From: Cephaloticoccus sp.
GTDB taxonomy: Bacteria > Verrucomicrobiota > Verrucomicrobiia > Opitutales > Opitutaceae
Length of the DNA stretch: 64,000 nt
Assembly: GCA_030833445.1 (NCBI GenBank)
Contig: JAURHD010000017.1
Location: 996 to 64,995 of the forward strand
Direction of reading: 5' to 3'
Below, one piece after another: positions 18,835 to 28,180 of this stretch. Under the pieces are notes generated by a model. It saw only the letters and a program-made list of their open reading frames with translations. It did no database searches and was not told the origin of the DNA. Both the position numbers and the translations under genes were made by a program. Each line of letters starts with the position of its first letter. Position 1 is the stretch's first letter.

Positions 18835-19122
18835 ATGAAGATACCGATGCCGATCGGCTGTGCATCGGTGGGTTACAATGCCTACGCGTGGCTCTCGGCG
18901 CTTGGGTGGCACACGGCTCAGAGCGGGGGCTTTGGCCTCGCCTGTCATGCGGCCAATGCCTCGGTGGGATTTGCCGCGCATGTCAATGACGCCGCCGCGC
19001 AGGCTATCCTGAGGAAACCCGGAACTGTGAACCAACAGATGATCTTTATCAGTGGGCTGACGATGCTCTCATTGCTGCCGCTGGTCTTTTATTTCCGCGC
19101 GGTCCGCCGACGTCTGGGATGA
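18835..19122 (+). CDS. Candidate small protein with a C-terminal TM helix (hypothetical)
   Basis: This is the only open frame in an otherwise unassigned 0.43-kb gap. Third-position GC is high by eye. It ends in MIFISGLTMLSLLPLVFYFRAVRRRLG. I recognise no homology, and the start is arbitrary. Confidence 0.25.
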   Translation: MKIPMPIGCASVGYNAYAWLSALGWHTAQSGGFGLACHAANASVGFAAHVNDAAAQAILRKPGTVNQQMIFISGLTMLSLLPLVFYFRAVRRRLG

Positions 19123-19141
19123 TGTCAGCAGGCTCAGCTTG

Positions 19142-19702
19142 TCAGACCTGCGCGCGCCGGTAGTGCATCGCGACAGCTCCGTTGTGCAGCGGCTTCGTCG
19201 AGATACGTTCCAGCTTTCGGGTGGTGGGCAATCCGGCTTGGTAAAGGGTCGGGCCATGGCCGGCGATCCGGGGGTGGACCAGAAATTGGTATTCGTCGAT
19301 CAGGTCCAATCGATCGAGTTCGGTCGCGAGCCGGCCGCTGCCGAGGAGCACGCCGGCCGGGGTTGCGTCCTTCAGCTTCTGCACTTCAGTGCGCAATTCG
19401 CCGGTGAGGTGATGGCTGTTGGTCCAGGGGAATTTGTTGCGCGTGGAAGACACGACATACTTCGGCTTGGTCTCCAACTTGGCCGCCCATTCCCGGATCG
19501 CCGGAGGCGCTGCCACGTCGCCGCGGGCGACCGCCGGCCAGTAACCCTCCATCATTTCATAGGTGACCCGGCCCCACAGCATCGCGCCATTCTCGTCCAG
19601 GAGGCGCGTGAAGAAAGCATGGGTCTCGTCGTCGGCGATCCCCTCCTGATGGTCGACGCAGCCGTCCAAGGTCACGTTGATGCTAAAAGTTAAGAGTCCC
19701 AT
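19142..19702 (-). CDS. Dihydrofolate reductase family protein (RibD C-terminal domain-like)
   Basis: MGLLTFSINVTLDGCVDH...MLWGRVTYEMMEGYW...VVSST...LLGSGRLATEL...IDEYQFLVHP is the typical RibD_C pattern. Confidence 0.75.
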   Translation of the reverse strand: MGLLTFSINVTLDGCVDHQEGIADDETHAFFTRLLDENGAMLWGRVTYEMMEGYWPAVARGDVAAPPAIREWAAKLETKPKYVVSSTRNKFPWTNSHHLTGELRTEVQKLKDATPAGVLLGSGRLATELDRLDLIDEYQFLVHPRIAGHGPTLYQAGLPTTRKLERISTKPLHNGAVAMHYRRAQV

Positions 19703-19724
19703 GAGGTGAATTACGGCCGATTGT

Positions 19725-19982
19725 TTAAGAGGAATCTCGGTCACTCTGGACCACTGGCTCTGACGCTTGATTTGGCTTAGTCTTCTTTGGCAAGCATCGC
19801 AACCCGTAGTTCGTCGCAACAACGGCCAGCATCACAATCGCAAGGAATCCGGACACGGCCAGCGGTTCATCCGGCCCCAACTTCCAAATCAAACCCATTC
19901 CGACTAAGCCAAGCACGATCGCGAGATAGCGCAGCGCTCTGATGTCCTCGACCGAGAAAGTGCCTTTGTCGTCTGAGTTCAA
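19725..19982 (-). CDS. Small two-helix membrane protein (hypothetical)
   Basis: 85-aa ORF with a TTG start and two hydrophobic segments. It ends 22 nt upstream of the DHFR-family gene on the same strand. Confidence 0.35.
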   Translation of the reverse strand: MNSDDKGTFSVEDIRALRYLAIVLGLVGMGLIWKLGPDEPLAVSGFLAIVMLAVVATNYGLRCLPKKTKPNQASEPVVQSDRDSS

Positions 19983-20070
19983 GGTGTAGATCGACCGCGA
20001 AAGTTGGGGTCATGTGATGTATCGAATGCTTTAAAGCATGGGGCTAGAATAGCCGAATATTCCGAGAGCG

Positions 20071-20100
20071 ATAGGCGGGATTCGGCGATCCCGTCCTACA
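20071..20100. repeat. REP-like single module (copy B)
   Basis: The sequence ataggcgggat-tcggc-gatcccgtcctaca has the same hairpin and CTACA tail as the right arms of copies A and C. It lies 3' of the PhyH gene ending at 20143. Confidence 0.6.
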
Positions 20101-20104
20101 TTGT

Positions 20105-20128
20105 CCTCTGTGCCTCTGCGGCTCTGCG
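20105..20128. repeat. 8-nt tandem triplet cctctgtg-cctctgcg-gctctgcg
   Basis: Read directly from the sequence. It sits immediately next to REP copy B. Confidence 0.6.
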
Positions 20129-20142
20129 TGAGATCAAGAACC

Positions 20143-20928
20143 TTAAACGTATTTCGCGCGGCCGGTCATGACGTGCACGAGCTTAGGGTCGGCACCGACG
20201 AGGATCTTGCTTAAAGGCTCGGTCGGTTCGGCGACTTGGCAGCGGAAGGCGAGGTTGTCGCCTCGTGCGTATTGCAGCTGCATGAGGTAGCGGGTCTTGG
20301 TGCCGGTGTTGGGGCGGCCGCGATGCCACGTCTGGTGATTGAAGAGATAGATGTCACCGGCCTTGGCGTAGATGGGTTCAACGCCGCGACCTTCAAACTC
20401 GGGATTGTCGTTGGGCGTGAGCCGGCCGGAGTAATGGCTGCCGGGCACGATCTCGGTCGGGCCGTCGTCGAGGGTCTCGATGTCCGAGAGGGCGACTTGC
20501 ACGCTGAGCCAGATGAGCGGCAGGCGGGCGCCGGCAGGCCAGCGGGGAATCTCCGGCGGGAGGGGATGTTCCAAGCGGTTGTTGTCATCGACGTGCCAGT
20601 TGGAGACGGCCTCACCGGGTTTGTTGCGAATGACATTTTGACCGCAGTAGCGGCAGTCAGGTCCGAGGATCTGCTGCACCAGCGAGTAGATCGGCTCGCG
20701 GATGAACTGCTTGGTGAATTCGATGCTGTAGTCCTGCGGATTGCGCACCACGAACCAGGTGCTGCGTTTTTCCGCGAAGGCGGGATCGGCGGCGTAGTCG
20801 TCGGTGAGTTTGCGCATCGCGGCGCACTCTTCGGGACTAAATACACTGCGAAGGACGGCGTATCCGTCGCGATGAAAGCGATCAAGCAGATCGTTGGCTT
20901 CTGTTTCCGGGAGGGGTTGGGTCAGCAT
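20143..20928 (-). CDS. Phytanoyl-CoA dioxygenase (PhyH) family oxygenase
   Basis: Starts at ATG 20928 (MLTQPLPETEANDLLDRFHRDGYAVL). Contains NWHVDDN (HxD) and a distal His in FNHQTWHRGRPN. Confidence 0.8.
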   Translation of the reverse strand: MLTQPLPETEANDLLDRFHRDGYAVLRSVFSPEECAAMRKLTDDYAADPAFAEKRSTWFVVRNPQDYSIEFTKQFIREPIYSLVQQILGPDCRYCGQNVIRNKPGEAVSNWHVDDNNRLEHPLPPEIPRWPAGARLPLIWLSVQVALSDIETLDDGPTEIVPGSHYSGRLTPNDNPEFEGRGVEPIYAKAGDIYLFNHQTWHRGRPNTGTKTRYLMQLQYARGDNLAFRCQVAEPTEPLSKILVGADPKLVHVMTGRAKYV

Positions 20929-21065
20929 GGGAGCAAGAGGGGTTGATGGATTCGCCGGAAGCCTAGAGAGGCATCCGCGAAATAACACAAGAGTGGAGAG
21001 GATAATTTGGACTGAAAATTCAGTGGCGGTTTCCCGCGTTGCATCCCTGCAAATAAAACCCTGCT

Positions 21066-22067
21066 ATGGACGCCATGCTATTTGCCTCTCCTGAACGTAT
21101 CCGCTGCGGCGTGGCCGGGGTGGGCTCACTTGGCCAGCATCACGCGCGGATTTATGCGGCTTTGCCCGGGGCAGAGCTGACCGGGATCTTTGAGGCCAGT
21201 GACGAGCGGGCGGCGGAGATCTGCGCCAAATACAATTGCCGGCGCTTTGCCACGATCGAGGAACTGGGCGCGGCTTGTGACGCGGTATCGGTAGTCGTGC
21301 CGACTGACCGGCATGCCGAGGTGGCACTGCCATTACTCGCGCAAAAGACACACCTGCTAATCGAGAAACCTATCTGTGCGACCCTCGAGGAAGCAGAGAC
21401 GGTGGTCGCCGCGGCCAGGGAACAGGGCTGCTTGGTGCAGGTCGGTCATATTGAACATTTCAACCCGGTGATGGCATTCATGGAAAACTCCGTCAGCGCA
21501 CCGCAATACATCACGGCGGAGCGGCTGGCGCCGTATCAGCCGCGCGGCACCGAAGTCGGCGTGGTGCTGGACCTGATGATTCACGACATCGGCATCGTGA
21601 TGGCCTTGGTAAAGTCACCGATCACTCGCATCGACAGCGTGGGCGTGACGGTGCTGTCCAAGAGCGAAGACATCGCGAATGCGCGCATCGAATTTGAGAA
21701 CGGTTGCGTGGCCAATCTGAGCGCCAGCCGGATGAGCACCAAGAAGCAGCGGGAGATCCGCATATTCCAATCCGATGCCTATTTGTCCTTGGATTTCATG
21801 AATCAGGAAGGGCATCTGGTGAAAAAGTCAGACATCATCGCGTATGGGTTGAAGATGAAAATTGGTTTGGTGAAGGCCGGAGACCTTAGCGCGATTCCGG
21901 TGAAACCAATCCCGATTGAGAAAGGTGAACCGCTCGCCCTGGAGTTGGCTGACTTTGTGAAGAGTGTGCGTGAGGCCAAGCAACCCAAGGTCGGTGCGGC
22001 CGAGGGCAAGAGCGCGCTGGAAGTGGCGATCACGATTACCGATCAGATTCGGAACGCGAAGAAGTGA
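21066..22067 (+). CDS. Gfo/Idh/MocA family NAD(P)-dependent oxidoreductase
   Basis: Rossmann N-terminus IRCGVAGVGSLGQHHARIY, and LIEKPICATLEEAE (EKP motif). The stop overlaps the lpxB start. Confidence 0.8.
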   Translation: MDAMLFASPERIRCGVAGVGSLGQHHARIYAALPGAELTGIFEASDERAAEICAKYNCRRFATIEELGAACDAVSVVVPTDRHAEVALPLLAQKTHLLIEKPICATLEEAETVVAAAREQGCLVQVGHIEHFNPVMAFMENSVSAPQYITAERLAPYQPRGTEVGVVLDLMIHDIGIVMALVKSPITRIDSVGVTVLSKSEDIANARIEFENGCVANLSASRMSTKKQREIRIFQSDAYLSLDFMNQEGHLVKKSDIIAYGLKMKIGLVKAGDLSAIPVKPIPIEKGEPLALELADFVKSVREAKQPKVGAAEGKSALEVAITITDQIRNAKK

Positions 22068-23215
22068 TGGCCGCGGATCCCCAACTGCCTTTCCGACTTG
22101 CCGCGCCCGAAGGCGGTCACGTCGATCTCCTGATCATCGCGGGCGAACACTCCGGTGACGAGCACGCCGCCCGGGCGGTGCGGGATATGCGAGCGCGCAA
22201 TCCGGGGGTGAGCATTTGTGCTTTGGGTGGACCCAAGATGGCCGCGGCCGGGGCACAGTTGTTGCACGATATGACGGCCAGCTCGGTGGTCGGTTTTGTC
22301 GAGGTGCTGAAAAACTACTCTTTCTTCAAGGCGCTCTTTGAGGAAACCCTGCGTTGGGTCGCCGAGTATAAGCCCGCGGCCATCTGTTTTGTCGATTATC
22401 CCGGTTTGAATCTGCGCCTCGCCGCCGCATTACGCGAACGCGGCTTATCGGTGAAGGGTGGAGGAAGCATCAAATTGCTCTACTATATCTCGCCGCAGAT
22501 CTGGGCGTGGAAGGCGAAGCGGCGGTTCACGATGGCGCGCGATTTGGATGCGTTGGCGGTGATCTTTCCCTTCGAGGTGGACTGTTATCAAGATACAGAT
22601 TTGCCGGTGGAGTTTGTTGGCCATCCCTTTGTGGCGCCGGACTACGAATCACCCGTTGCCCATGATCCGGCGGGTCCGGTGTTATTGTTGCCCGGTAGCC
22701 GCAAACAGGCCGTGGCCCGGATTTTCCCGGTGCTGCTGGCCGGGTTGAAAGCCTATGATTCGAATGCGCCGGCGGTGGTGCTCTATCCCAGTGCGGCAAT
22801 CCACGAACTGCTGCGGGATGCCAATCCACCGGCCAACGTAACCTTGGTTTCAACCGGCGAAGTCATCAAAGCCCGGACTGTGCTCACCAGCTCGGGCACG
22901 ATGTCATTGCATTGTGCCTTGGCCGGCGTGCCCGGCGCGATCGCCTACCGCACGAACCCGATTACTTATCTTTTGGCACGTTGGTGGGTGAAGCTGGACT
23001 ACATCGGCATCGCCAATTTGCTGCTCAAACAACCGATGTATCCGGAATACATTCAAGGAGCGGCAACCCCGGCGGCCTTGGCCCGTGAGCTGCAGGAAGG
23101 TAGCGAGGCGACGCGATTGGAGACTACCCGGATCCAGCAAGCTGAATTGGTGCGTTTGCTCAACCAACCTTCACGGGGCAGTATTGCAGTCTGGTTGGCC
23201 GAGCATCTTGCATGA
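22064..23215 (+). CDS. lpxB: Lipid-A-disaccharide synthase
   Basis: LIIAGEHSGDEHAARAV, YYISPQIWAWKAKRRF and SGTMSLHCALAGVP. The start is GTG 22064 or ATG 22067. Confidence 0.85.
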   Translation: MMAADPQLPFRLAAPEGGHVDLLIIAGEHSGDEHAARAVRDMRARNPGVSICALGGPKMAAAGAQLLHDMTASSVVGFVEVLKNYSFFKALFEETLRWVAEYKPAAICFVDYPGLNLRLAAALRERGLSVKGGGSIKLLYYISPQIWAWKAKRRFTMARDLDALAVIFPFEVDCYQDTDLPVEFVGHPFVAPDYESPVAHDPAGPVLLLPGSRKQAVARIFPVLLAGLKAYDSNAPAVVLYPSAAIHELLRDANPPANVTLVSTGEVIKARTVLTSSGTMSLHCALAGVPGAIAYRTNPITYLLARWWVKLDYIGIANLLLKQPMYPEYIQGAATPAALARELQEGSEATRLETTRIQQAELVRLLNQPSRGSIAVWLAEHLA

Positions 23216-23227
23216 CCTTGTCCTGAT

Positions 23228-23254
23228 TGTAATTTATATATACGTGTAATTTAT
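23228..23254 (+). promoter_or_regulatory. 10-nt direct repeat TGTAATTTAT x2 in an AT-rich patch at the kinase 5' end
   Basis: The two copies are at 23228-23237 and 23245-23254. The second copy overlaps ATG 23253. Confidence 0.3.
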
Positions 23255-26200
23255 GGCCGCACTTGCGCCAGTCTCAGCCAGGAAGCAACCCAGTCATCTT
23301 CTGCCTTGGATGGTCTTCCTTTTCGGTTGTGCCTGCAGCGTCTCGGCGTGGTCGCTGGTAAGACTGTAGCAACGCAGCTTGGAGGAGGATCGCTTTATGC
23401 GACAGGTTGCCCGCATGGAGGCTTCCATCGTGGCGCGATTCCAAACGGTTTCGGATTTGCTGCATGGTTCCCGGGCTTTGGCTGCCGCCAGTGAACAGGT
23501 CACGCCTTCGGAGTGGTCGACCTATTTTCGCGCAATCGAGAGTCAGTTTGCCAATGGGATTGTCGGGCTCGGTTACATCAAACGGATGCCGCGCACGGAA
23601 ATCGGGGCCTTGGAGCGCAGCATGCGCGGCAGCTGCTGGCCAGAATTCACCGTGGAGCGAACGGGCAAGGACGATTGGCTCTATGTCGTTACCACCATTG
23701 AACCTGCAGCCAATAACCGTGACGTGTTGGGCTTGGATGTGGGCTCCGGCACCACCCGGCGGGGTGCGGCGGAAGAAGCCGCCCAGCGCAACACCATGGT
23801 GCTGTCCCGGCGGATTCAGTTGGAATATGACGGTAAGCAAGTCCCGGGATTTCTACTTTTCCTGCCGATTTACCAGAAACAATCCGGAGCAGTGGCTGAA
23901 CCAAGCCTCGAATCCACCTTGGGCTGGGTCTATGCTTCCATCCGCATCGATGAACTCATGGCCGACATGCCGGGGATGGCGTCTGCCCAGCTCGATTTTG
24001 AAGTATTTGAGAACGATCAGATCGATGCGGAATCATTACTCTACGGCAACGTCACCACTCGGTTCGCGGGGACAGAACGCACTTTTACGGCGGACGACTA
24101 TGCTGATCGGAATTTCCAGATTCAGCAGAAATTACGGATTTTGGGTCGTAACTGGGTAATATGGCTGAGCACCACACCGGAGTTCGATGCCATGGGCAAT
24201 CGTCTGATTCCATGGATTGTTGGTGGCGCCGGCATGCTCGCGAGTTTGCTGGGCATGATGCTGACCTATAATCTGGTGGGTGCACGCACCCGCGCTTTGG
24301 ATGTGGCCGGTAAGATGACTGACAGTCTGCGACTGGCAGAGGCTGAAACTCGCCGACTCGCGATTGTGGCCAGCCGGACTGCGACATCCGTCATTCTCAT
24401 GGGGACAGACTGGCGGGTGGAGTGGACCAATCACAGCTTCACGCGTCTGTTTGGTTACACGATGGAGGAGGCCAAGGGACGGCGTCCCGGTGATTTTATA
24501 TTTGGTCCTGAAAGAGATGTATTGGCCCGGGATGAAATCGACCAGGCGGTCCAGGCCAAAGGAACCTACGAAAACGAGGTGGTGTGTTACACCAAGGATG
24601 GGACCAAGTTGTGGATGAACCTGGAAGTGCAGCCCCTCCATGATGAAGCCGGGAACCTAACCGGTTATATGGGCTTGCACACCGACATTACCGAGATGAA
24701 ACGGGCCGAGCAGGAGCTGAGTGAGAAGGAGAATCAGCTGCGGTTTATTTTTAATCAAGTGCCAGTGGGTGTAACCTGGGTGCGCTTTAGTGCGGATAGG
24801 GTGATAGGACTCAACAACGATTGGTTTTTCAAAATCAGTGGCCTGGAACCGTATGAACTAAAGGATCATACCTTGGTTCGATCCATCTCCGATCCGGAAG
24901 ACATGGTAAAACAGGATGCCCTCAGGGAAAAATATGAGCGTGGGGAGATCGACGAATATAGACTGGAGAAACGGTATCACCGGCGGGACGGACGTCTGGT
25001 GTGGGTCTTGCTACATACCCGAGGCTTTCGACGTTCCGATGGTTCCCTGGAACAAGAGATTTCCACGGTGCAGGATATCACCGAGCGTAAACTGGCCGAA
25101 CAAAAACTGGCTTACAAGGAGGCTCAGCTCCGCTTTCTCTTTGATGCCGTGCCAGTGGGTATTCATCTGCAGAGCGTGGGGGTAAATGGCGAAAAACTTG
25201 AGGCCGATAATACCCTCGTAAACGAGGCTCACCGCTTAATCACTGGGCTCAGTGAAAAGAAATAGTCGGCAACGAGCCGTTTAAAAATATCTCCCACCCC
25301 GACGATTATGCGAAACAACGAGAACTCTATAGTCAACTCACGCGGGGTGAAACGGACCGAATTGCCCTGGAGAAGCGCTACATTCGACACGACGGCACCG
25401 TGGTCTGGGTGCTGCTGACCGTGCGCCGATATTTTAATCCCGATGGCAAGGGGTATCAGGACATCGCCACGGTGGTGGATATCACGGAGGCGCGTCGCCA
25501 AGCCGAGGAGTTACGCTCTGCCAAGGATGCCGCTGAGGCGGCCAACCAAGCCAAGAGTCATTTTCTCGCCATGATGAGTCATGAGATTCGCACACCAATG
25601 AACGGGGTCATTGGGATGACTTCCCTGTTGTTGGATACGCCGTTGAATCCGGAACAACACGAGTATGCCGAGACGATCCGCAACAGTGGCGATTCCCTGT
25701 TAACGATTATCAATGATATCCTGGATTTTTCCAAAATCGAATCCGGCCGGATGGAATTGGAAACCGAGGTATTCAGTGTGCGCGAATGTGTGGAAGGTGC
25801 CTTGGACTTGTTGGCCCCGCGAGCCGTGGAAAAGCATCTCGACCTGCTTTACGAGATTGCCGATGGCGTGCCCGGCACCATCCGGGGTGATGCGACCCGA
25901 CTGCGGCAGGTGATCGTGAATCTGCTGGGGAATGCGATCAAGTTCACCGAGCAGGGCGAAGTCGTGCTGGGTGTCAGTGTGCAATCCAAGGGCGACTTGA
26001 CCGAATTGGAATTTTCCGTGCGGGATACCGGCATCGGCATTTCAGTGGAGGGGCAGCAGCGATTGTTTCAGTCGTTCAGTCAAGTCGACGCGTCGATCTC
26101 CCGTCGCTTTGGCGGCACTGGTCTGGGCTTGGTAATTTCCCGTCGATTGGTGGAATTGATGGGCGGACAACTCTGGGTGGAGAGTGAAGTGGGGCAGGGC

Positions 26201-27088
26201 TCCACCTTTAAATTCACCTTGGTGGCGGATGTGATTGCGAGCAAACCGCGGACATACATGAGTCAATCGGGCACCAACTTGGTTGGACGGCGTTTGCTCA
26301 TCGTCGACGACAATGCGACCAACCGGAGGATTCTGACCGTATTGGCGGATAAGTGGTCCATGCCCGTGGTGGCGGTGGATTCCGGCGGTGCGGCACTGGC
26401 ATTATTGGCTCAAGGGGAGAAATTCTCCGCCGTCATTTTGGATATGCACATGCCGACCATGGACGGCATAACCCTCGCCGGGAAAATCAAGGCGCTGCCT
26501 GATTGTGCGCAATTACCATTGATCCTGCTGTCCTCGCTTGGACCGAAAGAGTCGGAATTAGAGAAGCGTTTGTTCAGTGCGAGTCTGACCAAACCGGCCA
26601 AACCGGCCCGTCTTTATGAGGTGTTGAATTCGGCGCTCAAGGATACCTCGCCACCATTTGCCCAGACAAGTGAACCCATATCCATTGCTCCGGATTCCTC
26701 GATTCATCCCGAGAGCGTGCTTTTGGCCGAGGACAACGTCGTGAATCAAAAAGTGGCCCTGATGATGTTGGCCAAATTGGGATTTGCCGCGGAGGTGGCT
26801 GCCAATGGCCACGAGGTGCTGGCCGCCATGGAGATCCGTTCATACGACATATTACTCATGGATATGCAGATGCCTGAAATGGACGGGTTGGAGGCGACCC
26901 GTCGCATCATGGTGAAATATCCCGAGAAAGACAAGCGACCGTGGATCATCGCACTCACCGCCAATGCCATGCAAGGCGATCGGGAACGCTGCATTGAAGC
27001 GGGGATGAATGATTACATCAGCAAGCCCGTTAAGCGCGAGGAACTCGGCGCGGCGCTGAAACGAGCCATCGAGGCTCGCCGGACCTGA
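23253..27088 (+). pseudogene. CHASE/PAS hybrid sensor histidine kinase with two receiver domains, carrying an in-frame TAG (23367-23369) and a 1-nt frameshift (A4 run 25255-25258)
   Basis: The ATG at 23253 opens a TM helix (LLPWMVFLFGCACSVSAWSLV). An in-frame TAG follows, then the track ORF 23379..25265: a CHASE-like periplasmic domain, TM2 and PAS repeats. One PAS domain is split across frames: ...HRLITGLSEK | EIVGNEPFKNISHPDDY...RYIRHDGTVVWVLL. Track ORF 25400..27088 then supplies HisKA (SHFLAMMSHEIRTP), HATPase (GGTGLGL) and two REC domains. Confidence 0.8.
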
Positions 27089-27091
27089 CAT

Positions 27092-28180
27092 TTATTGTCC
27101 GCTCAGTCTTACTGAACCGGACAAGCTGCCATCAGGATACGCGGATCCGGATATCTGCCGCCAAAGTGCCTCGGTGCGGTGTGTTAGGATTTGCCGACAT
27201 TTCTCGATCTCTGCCTCACGGGCGGCCCGATTTTCGTCCGCGATCTTGGCCAGATCGTCGAGATTGTAGAGGTAGACATTCGGGAGTTCCGCTACGGCCG
27301 GTTCCACGTCACGGGGCAGGGCGAGATCGATGAAAAACAGAGGCCGCGCGGTGCGACGCTTCATGGCGGTGCGCACGGATTCCAAGCTTAACACCATACC
27401 CGGGGCCGCGGTGCTGCATACCACGATGTCGAATTCGCCCAGATGCGGTTCGCGATTTTCAAAGGGCAGGGCGGTCGCATCCAAGCTCTTGGCCAGGGCC
27501 ATCGCGTGTTCGATATTGCGACTGGAAACCGTGAGGCTGCCGGCACCGCGGCTTTGAAAGGCGCGCGCGGTCTTTTCGCCAATTTCTCCTGCCCCGAGCA
27601 GCAGGATGCGGGTTTCGCCGATATCGCCAAAAATAGATTGGGCAAGATCCACGGCTACATTGGCTACACTTACCCGGCCGGTGGTGATAGCCGTATGGGT
27701 GCGCACGTGTTTGGCGGCTTGAAAGGCTTTTTGAAACAGGCGGTTCAGAATCGGGCCCGTGCTTTGGCGGTTTTGCGCAAGGGCGTAGGCCTCCTTCAAT
27801 TGACCGAAGATTTCGGTTTCACCCACCAATTGGGAATCCAGGCCCGAGGCCACTTCGAGAAGATGCTGCACGGCCGGTCGGCCCTGCAGCTGCATGCGAT
27901 ACGCCTCAAATTCTGTTTCGGGGAAACCCTGCCGGTCACAAAATATCCGTTGGATGCCGGCCGATATTTCCGGGTTGGCCGCGACCCCGTAGAATTCGGT
28001 GCGATTACATGTGCTCAACACCGCGAATTCCCGCAGGCCATCCAACCGGGCAAGTTCCAGGTGCAACGCACCGACGGCCTCATCGTTAACGGCGAGTTTT
28101 TCGCGCACCGTGATGGGTGCCTCGTGGTGCGTGGCGCCCAGCACGAAAAAGACAGACGAGGTTTGCTCCACGGAATTCAT
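27092..28180 (-). CDS. hemA: Glutamyl-tRNA reductase
   Basis: Starts at ATG 28180 (MNSVEQTSSVFFVLGATHHEAP). Contains VLSTCNRTEFYG and LLGAGEIGEKTARAF. The first 200 aa of the 562-aa track ORF overlap the upstream gene and are not credible. Confidence 0.85.
   Translation of the reverse strand: MNSVEQTSSVFFVLGATHHEAPITVREKLAVNDEAVGALHLELARLDGLREFAVLSTCNRTEFYGVAANPEISAGIQRIFCDRQGFPETEFEAYRMQLQGRPAVQHLLEVASGLDSQLVGETEIFGQLKEAYALAQNRQSTGPILNRLFQKAFQAAKHVRTHTAITTGRVSVANVAVDLAQSIFGDIGETRILLLGAGEIGEKTARAFQSRGAGSLTVSSRNIEHAMALAKSLDATALPFENREPHLGEFDIVVCSTAAPGMVLSLESVRTAMKRRTARPLFFIDLALPRDVEPAVAELPNVYLYNLDDLAKIADENRAAREAEIEKCRQILTHRTEALWRQISGSAYPDGSLSGSVRLSGQ

Noticed and set aside
18715-19035. The 107-aa N-terminal extension of the CPBP protease ORF (track ORF 17947..19035).
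   Set aside because: The extension (…RGKSHRGIGRMTGEAKAPALSRVPPKRREPRVG…) is Arg-rich junk. The CPBP membrane core starts right after ATG 18714.
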